Virus record (IMG/VR): IMGVR_UViG_2617270943_000001
Location: 1-26,221 of that record
Length of the DNA stretch: 26,221 nt
DNA from: a virus
Lineage: Duplodnaviria > Heunggongvirae > Uroviricota > Caudoviricetes
Direction: 5' to 3' (one strand)
Every line of letters starts with the position of its first letter. Within the stretch, counting starts at the first letter, position 1. A program made the translations under genes and the position numbers. The notes beneath the pieces are model-generated. The model was not told the DNA's origin. It saw nothing but the letters and a program-made list of their open reading frames with translations, and ran no database searches. Shown here one piece after another: positions 7,934 to 15,965 of the stretch.

Positions 7934-8631
7934 AAAACATCGCCGCACAGATGGTTAACTTTGACCGTGAGCAGATGCGTCGGATCGCCAACAACATGCC
8001 GGAACAGTACGACGAAAAGCCGCAGGTACAGCAGGTAGCGCAGATCATCAACGGTGTGTTCAGCCAGTTACTGGCAACTTTCCCGGCGAGCCTGGCTAAC
8101 CGTGACCAGAATGAACTGAACGAAATCCGCCGCCAGTGGGTGCTGGCTTTTCGGGAAAACGGGATCACCACAATGGAACAGGTTAACGCTGGAATGCGCG
8201 TAGCCCGTCGGCAGAATCGACCATTCCTGCCATCACCCGGGCAGTTTGTCGCCTGGTGCCGGGAAGAAGCATCCGTTACCGCCGGGCTGCCAAACGCCAG
8301 CGAGCTGGTTGATATGGTTTACGAGTATTGCCGGAAGCGCGGGCTGTATCCGGATGCAGAGTCTTATCCGTGGAAATCAAACGCGCACTACTGGCTGGTT
8401 ACCAACCTGTATCAGAACATGCGGGCCAATGCGTTGACTGACGCGGAATTACGGCGCAAGGCTGCCGATGAACTGTCCTGTATGACCGCACGAATTAACC
8501 GTGGTGAGGCTATACCTGAACCAGTAAAACAACTTCCTGTCATGGGCGGTAGACCTCTAAATCGTGCACAGGCTCTGGCGAAGATCGCAGAAATCAAAGC
8601 TAAGTTTGGGCTGAAAGGAGCAAGGGTATGA
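7930..8631 (+). CDS. P: Replication protein P (DnaB helicase loader), 233 aa
   Basis: Translation MKNIAAQMVNFDREQMRRIANNMPEQYDEKPQVQQVAQ... is near-identical to lambda P; ATGA overlap with the O stop. Confidence 0.95.
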   Translation: MKNIAAQMVNFDREQMRRIANNMPEQYDEKPQVQQVAQIINGVFSQLLATFPASLANRDQNELNEIRRQWVLAFRENGITTMEQVNAGMRVARRQNRPFLPSPGQFVAWCREEASVTAGLPNASELVDMVYEYCRKRGLYPDAESYPWKSNAHYWLVTNLYQNMRANALTDAELRRKAADELSCMTARINRGEAIPEPVKQLPVMGGRPLNRAQALAKIAEIKAKFGLKGARV

Positions 8632-8930
8632 CGGGCAAAGAGGCAATTATTCATTACCTGGGGACTCATAAGAAATTCTGTGCGCAGGACGTTGCCGCGG
8701 TAACAGGCGCAACGGTAACCAGCATAAATCAGGCTGCGGCTAAAATGGCACGGGCAGGTCTTCTGGCTATCGAAGGTAAGGTCTGGCGAACGGTGTATTA
8801 CCGGTTTGCTACCAGAGAAGAACGGGAAGGAAAGGTGAGCACGAATCTGATTTTTAAGGAGTGTCGCCAGAGTGCCGCGATGAAACGGGTATTGAGGGTA
8901 TATAAAAGAACATCAATGGGTACACAATGA
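8628..8930 (+). CDS. ren: Ren protein, 100 aa
   Basis: Translation MTGKEAIIHYLGTH...AAKMARAGLL...VWRTVYYRFATREEREGK matches lambda Ren; overlaps the P stop. Confidence 0.85.
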   Translation: MTGKEAIIHYLGTHKKFCAQDVAAVTGATVTSINQAAAKMARAGLLAIEGKVWRTVYYRFATREEREGKVSTNLIFKECRQSAAMKRVLRVYKRTSMGTQ

Positions 8931-8997
8931 TGAAACAGGTGAGTTGAGTTCAAACTGTAGTACAATTCTCTCCAGTTTGAACAGGAAAGAATATTCT

Positions 8998-9330
8998 ATG
9001 AACCCTTATATTTATCTTGGTGGTGCAATACTTGCAGAGGTCATTGGTACAACCTTAATGAAGTTTTCAGAAGGTTTTACACGGTTATGGCCATCTGTTG
9101 GTACAATTATTTGTTATTGTGCATCATTCTGGTTATTAGCTCAGACGCTGGCTTATATTCCTACAGGGATTGCTTATGCTATCTGGTCAGGAGTCGGTAT
9201 TGTCCTGATTAGCTTACTGTCATGGGGACTTTTCGGCCAACGGCTGGACCTGCCAGCCATTATAGGCATGATGTTGATTTGTGCCGGTGTGTTGGTTATT
9301 AATTTATTGTCACGAAGCACACCACATTAA
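8998..9330 (+). CDS. emrE: SMR-family multidrug efflux transporter EmrE, 110 aa
   Basis: Translation MNPYIYLGGAILAEVIGTTLMKFSEGFTRLWPSVG... matches E. coli EmrE (the DLP12-borne gene) with four predicted TM helices; ATG at 8998 preceded by AGGAAAG. Confidence 0.9.
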   Translation: MNPYIYLGGAILAEVIGTTLMKFSEGFTRLWPSVGTIICYCASFWLLAQTLAYIPTGIAYAIWSGVGIVLISLLSWGLFGQRLDLPAIIGMMLICAGVLVINLLSRSTPH

Positions 9331-9361
9331 AAATAATTTGTTTCTAAACGACTAAAATATG

Positions 9362-9394
9362 GAGGCTCTTATATTTATATGAGCCTCGTTTTAT
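9362..9394 (+). terminator. Rho-independent terminator after emrE
   Basis: GAGGCTC-loop-GAGCCTC hairpin followed by GTTTTATGCTTTTTG. Confidence 0.5.
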
Positions 9395-9584
9395 GCTTTT
9401 TGTTAATGTCTTTATTTTTTATGTATTCTTTTGTGCTTTCAAGATTATGGCGTAAGAAAATTGCAATACGATTATTGTTGTATATTCAAGATAATGTGAC
9501 CTTAATTGTCTTTTTAAATAAAAATTAAACAAAATTATATCCCACCACTAAGGTTTATAAAAGCATACGTTAGCAGGTGTCACC

Positions 9585-11111
9585 ATGAAAAAAGCCATAG
9601 CATATATGCGATTTTCATCACCAGGTCAGATGTCTGGCGACTCATTAAACCGACAGAGAAGACTTATTGCTGAATGGTTAAAGGTAAATAGTGATTATTA
9701 TCTTGATACCATAACATATGAAGATTTAGGATTAAGTGCATTCAAAGGAAAGCATGCACAATCAGGAGCTTTTTCGGAATTTTTAGATGCTATAGAGCAT
9801 GGTTATATATTGCCAGGAACTACATTGTTAGTTGAAAGTCTGGACAGACTTTCAAGAGAAAAAGTCGGTGAAGCGATTGAACGTCTGAAATTGATTTTGA
9901 ATCACGGTATTGATGTTATAACTCTTTGCGACAATACAGTCTATAATATTGACTCTTTGAATGAGCCATATTCATTAATAAAAGCCATACTTATAGCACA
10001 AAGGGCAAATGAAGAAAGCGAGATAAAGTCAAGTCGGGTTAAATTATCATGGAAGAAAAAACGGCAGGATGCACTGGAATCAGGTACGATTATGACGGCG
10101 TCTTGTCCGAGATGGCTCTCCTTAGATGACAAAAGAACGGCTTTTGTTCCAGACCCCGACAGGGTGAAAACTATTGAGCTAATTTTTAAACTCAGGATGG
10201 AAAGGCGCTCATTGAATGCAATAGCCAAGTATTTAAATGATCATGCTGTAAAGAATTTCTCAGGAAAAGAAAGTGCATGGGGACCTTCTGTAATTGAAAA
10301 ATTATTAGCGAATAAAGCTCTGATAGGTATATGCGTACCTTCATATCGTGCAAGAGGTAAAGGAATAAGTGAAATCGCTGGCTATTATCCCAGAGTCATA
10401 TCAGATGATTTGTTTTACGCTGTACAGGAAATTCGGTTGGCACCTTTTGGTATTAGCAATAGTAGCAAAAATCCTATGTTGATAAATCTACTTCGAACAG
10501 TTATGAAGTGCGAGGCTTGTGGTAATACCATGATTGTTCATGCGGTATCTAGAAGTTTGCATGGCTATTATGTTTGTCCGATGAGAAGACTGCATCGATG
10601 TGACAGGCCATCAATAAAGAGAGATTTGGTTGATTATAATATCATTAATGAGTTGCTTTTTAATTGTAGTAAAATCCAACCAGTTGAAAACAAGAAAGAT
10701 GCTAATGAAACTTTAGAGTTGAAAATTATTGAGCTCCAGATGAAAATTAATAATTTAATTGCTGCATTATCTGTTGCGCCTGAAGTTACCGCTATAGCAG
10801 AAAAAATCAGAGTATTAGATAAGGAATTACGAAGGGCTTCTGTATCATTAAAAACTTTGAAGAGTAAAGCGGTGAGTTCACTTGGTGATTTTCATGCTAT
10901 TGACTTAACCAGTAAAAATGGGCGAGAGCTATGTCGTACACTTGCCTATAAAACATTCGAAAAAATCATAATCAATACAGATAATAAAACCTGTGATATC
11001 TATTTTATGAATGGCATTGTTTTTAAACACTATCCTTTAATGAAAACAATATCCGCCCAGCAGGCGATAAGTACTCTCAAATATATGGTTGATGGTGAGG
11101 TTTATTTTTGA
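9585..11111 (+). CDS. ybcK: Large serine recombinase (resolvase/invertase-type N-terminal domain with recombinase and zinc-ribbon extension), 508 aa
   Basis: N-terminal AIAYMRFSSPGQ with catalytic-Ser context and LLVESLDRLSR motif; C-terminal CxxC...C cluster; AT-rich codon usage; resembles DLP12 YbcK. Confidence 0.8.
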   Translation: MKKAIAYMRFSSPGQMSGDSLNRQRRLIAEWLKVNSDYYLDTITYEDLGLSAFKGKHAQSGAFSEFLDAIEHGYILPGTTLLVESLDRLSREKVGEAIERLKLILNHGIDVITLCDNTVYNIDSLNEPYSLIKAILIAQRANEESEIKSSRVKLSWKKKRQDALESGTIMTASCPRWLSLDDKRTAFVPDPDRVKTIELIFKLRMERRSLNAIAKYLNDHAVKNFSGKESAWGPSVIEKLLANKALIGICVPSYRARGKGISEIAGYYPRVISDDLFYAVQEIRLAPFGISNSSKNPMLINLLRTVMKCEACGNTMIVHAVSRSLHGYYVCPMRRLHRCDRPSIKRDLVDYNIINELLFNCSKIQPVENKKDANETLELKIIELQMKINNLIAALSVAPEVTAIAEKIRVLDKELRRASVSLKTLKSKAVSSLGDFHAIDLTSKNGRELCRTLAYKTFEKIIINTDNKTCDIYFMNGIVFKHYPLMKTISAQQAISTLKYMVDGEVYF

Positions 11112-11255
11112 GTAATAATCACTTTTTCAACCGTGCTATAGTAAGAAAGTTAGGTAAGTACATTTAGACTGGCCCCCTGAATCTCCAGACAACCAATATC
11201 ACTTAAATAAGTGATAGTCTTAATACTAGTTTTTAGACTAGTCATTGGAGAACAG

Positions 11256-11621
11256 ATGATTGATGTCTTAGGGCCGGAGAAACGCAGACGGCGTACCACA
11301 CAGGAAAAGATCGCAATTGTTCAGCAGAGCTTTGAACCGGGGATGACGGTCTCCCTCGTTGCCCGGCAACATGGTGTAGCAGCCAGCCAGTTATTTCTCT
11401 GGCGTAAGCAATACCAGGAAGGAAGTCTTACTGCTGTCGCCGCCGGAGAACAGGTTGTTCCTGCCTCTGAACTTGCTGCCGCCATGAAGCAGATTAAAGA
11501 ACTCCAGCGCCTGCTCGGCAAGAAAACGATGGAAAATGAACTCCTCAAAGAAGCCGTTGAATATGGACGGGCAAAAAAGTGGATAGCGCACGCGCCCTTA
11601 TTGCCCGGGGATGGGGAGTAA
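11256..11621 (+). CDS. insC: IS2 transposase OrfA (InsC)
   Basis: Translation [47 protein letters not shown]... with HTH; ends just after the AAAAAAG slippery heptamer at 11573..11579. Confidence 0.9.
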
Positions 11622-12484
11622 GCTTAGTCAGCCGTTGTCTCCGGGTGTCGCGTGCGCAGTTGCACGTCATTCTCAGACGAACCGATGACTGGATGGATGG
11701 CCGCCGCAGTCGTCACACTGATGATACGGATGTGCTTCTCCGTATACACCATGTTATCGGAGAGCTGCCCACGTATGGTTATCGTCGGGTATGGGCGCTG
11801 CTTCGCAGACAGGCAGAACTTGATGGTATGCCTGCGATCAATGCCAAACGTGTTTACCGGATCATGCGCCAGAATGCGCTGTTGCTTGAGCGAAAACCTG
11901 CTGTACCGCCATCGAAACGGGCACATACAGGCAGAGTGGCCGTGAAAGAAAGCAATCAGCGATGGTGCTCTGACGGGTTCGAGTTCTGCTGTGATAACGG
12001 AGAGAGACTGCGTGTCACGTTCGCGCTGGACTGCTGTGATCGTGAGGCACTGCACTGGGCGGTCACTACCGGCGGCTTCAACAGTGAAACAGTACAGGAC
12101 GTCATGCTGGGAGCGGTGGAACGCCGCTTCGGCAACGATCTTCCGTCGTCTCCAGTGGAGTGGCTGACGGATAATGGTTCATGCTACCGGGCTAATGAAA
12201 CACGCCAGTTCGCCCGGATGTTGGGACTTGAACCGAAGAACACGGCGGTGCGGAGTCCGGAGAGTAACGGAATAGCAGAGAGCTTCGTGAAAACGATAAA
12301 GCGTGACTACATCAGTATCATGCCCAAACCAGACGGGTTAACGGCAGCAAAGAACCTTGCAGAGGCGTTCGAGCATTATAACGAATGGCATCCGCATAGT
12401 GCGCTGGGTTATCGCTCGCCACGGGAATATCTGCGGCAGCGGGCTTGTAATGGGTTAAGTGATAACAGATGTCTGGAAATATAG
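11579..12484 (+). CDS. insD: IS2 transposase OrfB (InsD; DDE catalytic domain, expressed by -1 frameshift fusion to OrfA)
   Basis: The ORF is in the -1 frame relative to insC and overlaps it by 43 nt; sequence matches IS2 InsD as recalled, with the DDE catalytic core expected for an IS3-family OrfB. Confidence 0.9.
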
Positions 12485-12558
12485 GGGCAAATCCAACATT
12501 AAAATTATCTATCCTGAACGAAGCGTCCTGAGCTATGGTTTTACTATAGAGACTGCCA

Positions 12559-12882
12559 ATGGATGCTGGCGTTCTCGTTCTAGCAGTTCAACAATACCCA
12601 ATCACAAAACAATTCACTGATAACGAACTTTGCACACTCGCCTGGTTATGGCGAGCAGGGAATGTGATGTTAATTACCTACCAGAACGTTACTCCTCTTC
12701 TTCAGGTTGCGGAGCATCGTGAAGCTGGTCGCTTCACTTCTATCGAGCAAGAATATCCCCAGATACTCAATAAGGCACAGGCAATCCTTGCCAGAGAAAC
12801 GGCACATGTAAAATTCCGGCCGTGGCAGGATGATAAGTGGAGTCGAGTTTTGCCGCATTTACGTTCGGATCGATTACAGTAG
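12559..12882 (+). CDS. Hypothetical protein, 107 aa (orphan ORF immediately right of IS2)
   Basis: ORF with ordinary codon usage; no recognisable motif; not a lambda nin-region gene. Confidence 0.4.
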   Translation: MDAGVLVLAVQQYPITKQFTDNELCTLAWLWRAGNVMLITYQNVTPLLQVAEHREAGRFTSIEQEYPQILNKAQAILARETAHVKFRPWQDDKWSRVLPHLRSDRLQ

Positions 12883-13343
12883 ATTCCAATTAACAATGAG
12901 AAACACATAGCCACCCCGTGGTATTGAAACCATATAATGTTGGATTTGAAAACAGATCTTTTTCCATGTATTAATAACTACATCCCCGCGAGTGATTCAA
13001 AAAGGAGGGCCCAATTTTGTCCGAGTTTTTGTATTCCCCCGCATGCCGCTGCGGAGCACTACATCTGAGTGTCTGACTAGGGGATAAAATTAGACTGGAT
13101 AGTGAGAAGAAAGTGGCGTGCTAGGCTGTGCCGAGTGCTACCAGTACACCCTGGGGGTGTGCAGCTTTCGCCGAGACTGTAGTGGGTATCGGTTAATGCA
13201 CGAAAAACCGAGAGGTCAGACAACCAATTTGCCGTAGGATTGTTTCCGGTGCGATACCGGTGTACTAACTGAAAGCAATGCGAAAAAGCATAAACTCGGT
13301 CCTTCAGTCGCCCTACACACTATTTACTAAGAAGGGCTAAAGC

Positions 13344-13700
13344 ATGGATACAATTATCACATGGATGGGAGATCGTCTGTTGGGGTGGATAACAAACAAA
13401 TCCGATCTGCGGCAGAGGGCAATCACTGGATTAACTCCTGCGATTTATTCAACAATTTTATATACTGAAAAATTAAAACGTGGTGAGCCTAATAACCCAA
13501 ACGAAGAAGAAAAACTTTATAGGCTTTGGTATGAAGCGTCTTCCCAAGTCGTAGACTTTGATCGAGAGCTGGCTAAAAGATGTTTAGATAAATCAGAATA
13601 TTGGCTTCATTCTGAATTATATAGCCCTGAGAAAGTTGGAGAGCTAAACATTTCTTTGGTTGGTATGAAGGCAACGCTTGAAGGAATAAAGCACAATTAA
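13344..13700 (+). CDS. Hypothetical protein, 118 aa (AT-rich orphan ORF)
   Basis: ORF with AAGGG Shine-Dalgarno-like sequence upstream, preceded by a GC-rich structured leader; low-GC codon usage suggests foreign origin. Confidence 0.45.
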   Translation: MDTIITWMGDRLLGWITNKSDLRQRAITGLTPAIYSTILYTEKLKRGEPNNPNEEEKLYRLWYEASSQVVDFDRELAKRCLDKSEYWLHSELYSPEKVGELNISLVGMKATLEGIKHN

Positions 13701-13887
13701 AACCTTTGATTTGCGATAATCAACTCGCCATAATCATGTCATCGGAGCCTGAACAACTCCGGTGACTTCTGCGCTAAACGGGGACGTTTATGCGCACACA
13801 CAATCCAAACTCTCTTCTCCCTCCAAAGATGCAGAAATGCACCTGCGATATATTGTATCCAGCGTTTGACCTCTGCGGAGGTGAAGC

Positions 13888-14343
13888 GTGAATCTCCCAC
13901 AAGATGGCATCAAATTACATCGCGGTAACTTCACCGCTATCGGTCGGCAGATCCAGCCTTATCTGGAGGAGGGCAAATGCTTTCGCATGGTGCTTAAACC
14001 GTGGCGTGAGAAACGCAGTCTTTCCCAGAATGCACTCAGCCACATGTGGTACAGCGAAATCAGTGAATACCTCATCAGCAGGGGTAAAACGTTCGCTACT
14101 CCAGCTTGGGTAAAAGATGCTCTCAAACACACATATCTCGGTTATGAAACCAAAGACCTGGTTGATGTTGTAACCGGTGATATCACCACTATCCAGTCGT
14201 TACGCCATACCTCCGATCTTGATACCGGAGAGATGTATGTCTTCCTGTGTAAGGTTGAAGCCTGGGCGGTGAATATTGGCTGCCACCTGACTATTCCGCA
14301 GAGCTGCGAGTTCCAGCTGCTCCGCGACAAGCAGGAGGCGTAA
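13888..14343 (+). CDS. ybcN: NinB-like protein (YbcN family), 151 aa
   Basis: Translation [27 protein letters not shown]...[13 protein letters not shown] matches DLP12 YbcN and the NinB family RSLxQN motif; GTG start. Confidence 0.8.
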   Translation: MNLPQDGIKLHRGNFTAIGRQIQPYLEEGKCFRMVLKPWREKRSLSQNALSHMWYSEISEYLISRGKTFATPAWVKDALKHTYLGYETKDLVDVVTGDITTIQSLRHTSDLDTGEMYVFLCKVEAWAVNIGCHLTIPQSCEFQLLRDKQEA

Positions 14344-14513
14344 TGGCTACACCGCTTATTCGTGTCATGAACGGACACATCTACAGAGTACCAGATCGTC
14401 GTAAGCGTAAACCGGAGCTGAAGCCTTCCGAAATACCAACACTGCTCGGATATACCGCCAGCCTGGTTGATAAAAAATGGTTGCGACTGGCAGCAAGGAG
14501 GAATCATGGCTGA
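14343..14513 (+). CDS. ninE: NinE-like small protein, 56 aa
   Basis: ATG overlaps the ybcN stop (TAATG); translation [56 protein letters not shown] resembles NinE. Below the 60-aa ORF-track cutoff, so found by manual translation. Confidence 0.6.
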   Translation: MATPLIRVMNGHIYRVPDRRKRKPELKPSEIPTLLGYTASLVDKKWLRLAARRNHG

Positions 14514-14796
14514 TTTGAGAAAAGCAGCGCGTAGTCGGGAATGCCAGGTAAGAATCCCTGGCGTATGTAATGGCAACCCTGAAACGTCTGTACTGGCACA
14601 TATCCGGCTGACTGGATTGTGCGGCACCGGTACCAAACCGCCAGACCTGATTGCCACCATTGCATGTTCTGCCTGCCACGACGAAATCGACCGCCGCACA
14701 CATTTTGTCGATGCTGCATATGCAAAAGAATGCGCGCTGGAAGGTATGGCGAGAACACAGGTTATCTGGCTGAAAGAGGGGGTTATTAAGGCGTGA
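14506..14796 (+). CDS. ybcO: YbcO-like nin-region protein (Cys-rich, putative nuclease), 96 aa
   Basis: Translation [64 protein letters not shown] matches DLP12 YbcO; overlaps the ninE stop. Confidence 0.75.
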   Translation: MADLRKAARSRECQVRIPGVCNGNPETSVLAHIRLTGLCGTGTKPPDLIATIACSACHDEIDRRTHFVDAAYAKECALEGMARTQVIWLKEGVIKA

Positions 14797-15155
14797 ATAC
14801 CTACAGCATCACATTACCCTGGCCTCCGAGCAATAATCGCTATTACCGCCATAATCGCGGGCGCACGCACGTCAGCGCAGAGGGGCAGGCATACCGCGAT
14901 AACGTCGCCCGAATCATTAAAAACGCAATGCTGGATATCGGCCTGGCTATGCCTGTGAAAATCCGCATTGAGTGCCACATGCCGGATCGCCGTCGCCGTG
15001 ACCTGGATAATCTGCAAAAAGCCGCTTTTGACGCACTCACTAAAGCAGGTTTCTGGCTGGATGATGCTCAGGTCGTTGATTACCGCGTTGTGAAGATGCC
15101 TGTTACCAAAGGTGGGAGGCTGGAACTGACCATCACCGAAATGGGGAATGAATGA
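14793..15155 (+). CDS. rusA: Holliday junction resolvase RusA, 120 aa
   Basis: Translation [41 protein letters not shown]... matches RusA; GTG start overlapping the ybcO stop. Confidence 0.9.
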   Translation: MNTYSITLPWPPSNNRYYRHNRGRTHVSAEGQAYRDNVARIIKNAMLDIGLAMPVKIRIECHMPDRRRRDLDNLQKAAFDALTKAGFWLDDAQVVDYRVVKMPVTKGGRLELTITEMGNE

Positions 15156-15292
15156 TGTTTGAGTTTTATATGGCAGAACGTCTTCGCCACCGCTGGGGGC
15201 GTCTGCGCTTATATCGTTTCCCCGGTTCTGTTTTGACCGATTACCGAATACTGAAGAATTACGCCAAAACCCTGACAGGAGCAGGAGTATGA
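15152..15292 (+). CDS. ylcG: Small protein, 46 aa (YlcG-like)
   Basis: ATGA overlap with the rusA stop; manual translation [46 protein letters not shown]. Position between rusA and Q is as in DLP12. Confidence 0.4.
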   Translation: MMFEFYMAERLRHRWGRLRLYRFPGSVLTDYRILKNYAKTLTGAGV

Positions 15293-15377
15293 AGTCAGAG
15301 ATAACAATCAACTAATACTGTTTCGTTGATTTTTGCTTGTAATTGGCGTTCTGGTCTGATTTTTGTGGAGTAAGTTG

Positions 15378-15761
15378 ATGCGTGATATTCAGATGGTTCT
15401 TGAGCGTTGGGGAGCGTGGGCGGCTAATAATCATGAAGATGTGACCTGGTCGTCCATTGCCGCCGGTTTTAAGGGATTAATTACTTCAAAAGTAAAATCT
15501 CGCCCGCAATGTTGTGACGATGACGCGATGATCATTTGCGGGTGCATGGCCCGTCTGAAAAAGAACAACAGCGATTTGCACGATTTATTAGTAGATTATT
15601 ATGTAGTCGGTATGACATTCATGTCACTGGCAGGTAAGCATTGCTGCTCTGATGGTTATATCGGGAAAAGGTTACAGAAGGCTGAGGGCATAATTGAAGG
15701 GATGTTAATGGCATTAGATATCCGGTTAGAGATGGATATCGTTGTTAATAACTCTAATTAA
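15378..15761 (+). CDS. quuD: Late-gene antiterminator Q (phage 82/DLP12 QuuD type), 127 aa
   Basis: Translation [24 protein letters not shown]... with Cys-rich zinc-binding region ([16 protein letters not shown]); positioned after rusA and before the lysis genes. Confidence 0.8.
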   Translation: MRDIQMVLERWGAWAANNHEDVTWSSIAAGFKGLITSKVKSRPQCCDDDAMIICGCMARLKKNNSDLHDLLVDYYVVGMTFMSLAGKHCCSDGYIGKRLQKAEGIIEGMLMALDIRLEMDIVVNNSN

Positions 15762-15785
15762 TACGCCAATTATTTACTAAAAGTT

Positions 15786-15813
15786 ATTAAAAATGGGGCG
15801 TTGAAACGCCCCC
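15786..15813 (-). terminator. Rho-independent terminator (minus strand) downstream of the porin gene
   Basis: GGGGCG-TTGAAA-CGCCCC hairpin followed on the minus strand by a U-run (plus-strand AAAAA at 15789..15793). Confidence 0.55.
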
Positions 15814-15965
15814 AAAAATAAAGGGTAATATATAACAGAAGGTTTGTATAGTTAGAAGCAAGGTTGTGCTTCTAAAGGAAGTGGCTTGAGGGAGCCACTT
15901 ATATGTTGGGGAGGCAAAGCCTCCCACAACATATCTTTTAGTAATCAAATTAGAACTGGTAAACC
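15814..15965 (-). ncRNA. Candidate small RNA between the porin 3' end and the minus-strand terminator (IpeX-like position)
   Basis: Three perfect 8-bp hairpins (15853..15874, 15879..15900, 15901..15934) plus the terminator hairpin in under 180 nt, co-directional with the porin gene. The DLP12 sRNA IpeX is reported at the nmpC 3' end; sequence identity not verified. Confidence 0.25.
15901..15940 (+). terminator. Rho-independent terminator on plus strand (candidate tR' of the late operon)
   Basis: Extended hairpin ATATGTTG-GGGAGGC-AAA-GCCTCCC-ACAACATAT followed by CTTTT, about 140 nt downstream of Q. Confidence 0.5.

Larger units (their letters stand above)
11165..12495 (+). mobile_element. 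IS2 (IS3 family), complete 1331-bp copy
   Basis: Left end TAGACTGGCCCCCTGAATCTCCAGACAACC and right end GGGGCAAATCCA match IS2 termini; flanked by 5-bp direct repeats ACATT at 11160..11164 and 12496..12500; contains orfA/orfB with an A6G slippery site. Confidence 0.9.

Noticed and set aside
6690-8171. Minus-strand ORFs 6690..6986, 7338..7664, 7582..7905, 7842..8171
   Set aside because: All lie antisense within the YdaT-like, O and P coding regions, which are strongly supported by homology.
13090-13097. TAGACTGG 8-mer matching the IS2 left terminus
   Set aside because: Only 8 bp match with no continuation into IS2 sequence; an 8-mer is expected by chance in a window this size, unlike the 14-bp junction copy at 12935..12948.
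12950-13343. Retron (msr-msd) or tRNA interpretation of the GC-rich structured block
   Set aside because: No reverse transcriptase gene follows (the downstream ORF is 118 aa with no RT motifs); no tRNA-like T-loop (GTTCGAATC-type) or cloverleaf seen; left as an unclassified structured region.
14142-15311. Minus-strand ORFs 14142..14699, 14365..14703, 14504..14758, 14814..15311
   Set aside because: Antisense to the tightly coupled ybcN-ninE-ybcO-rusA-ylcG operon; the plus-strand genes have homology support and translational coupling.
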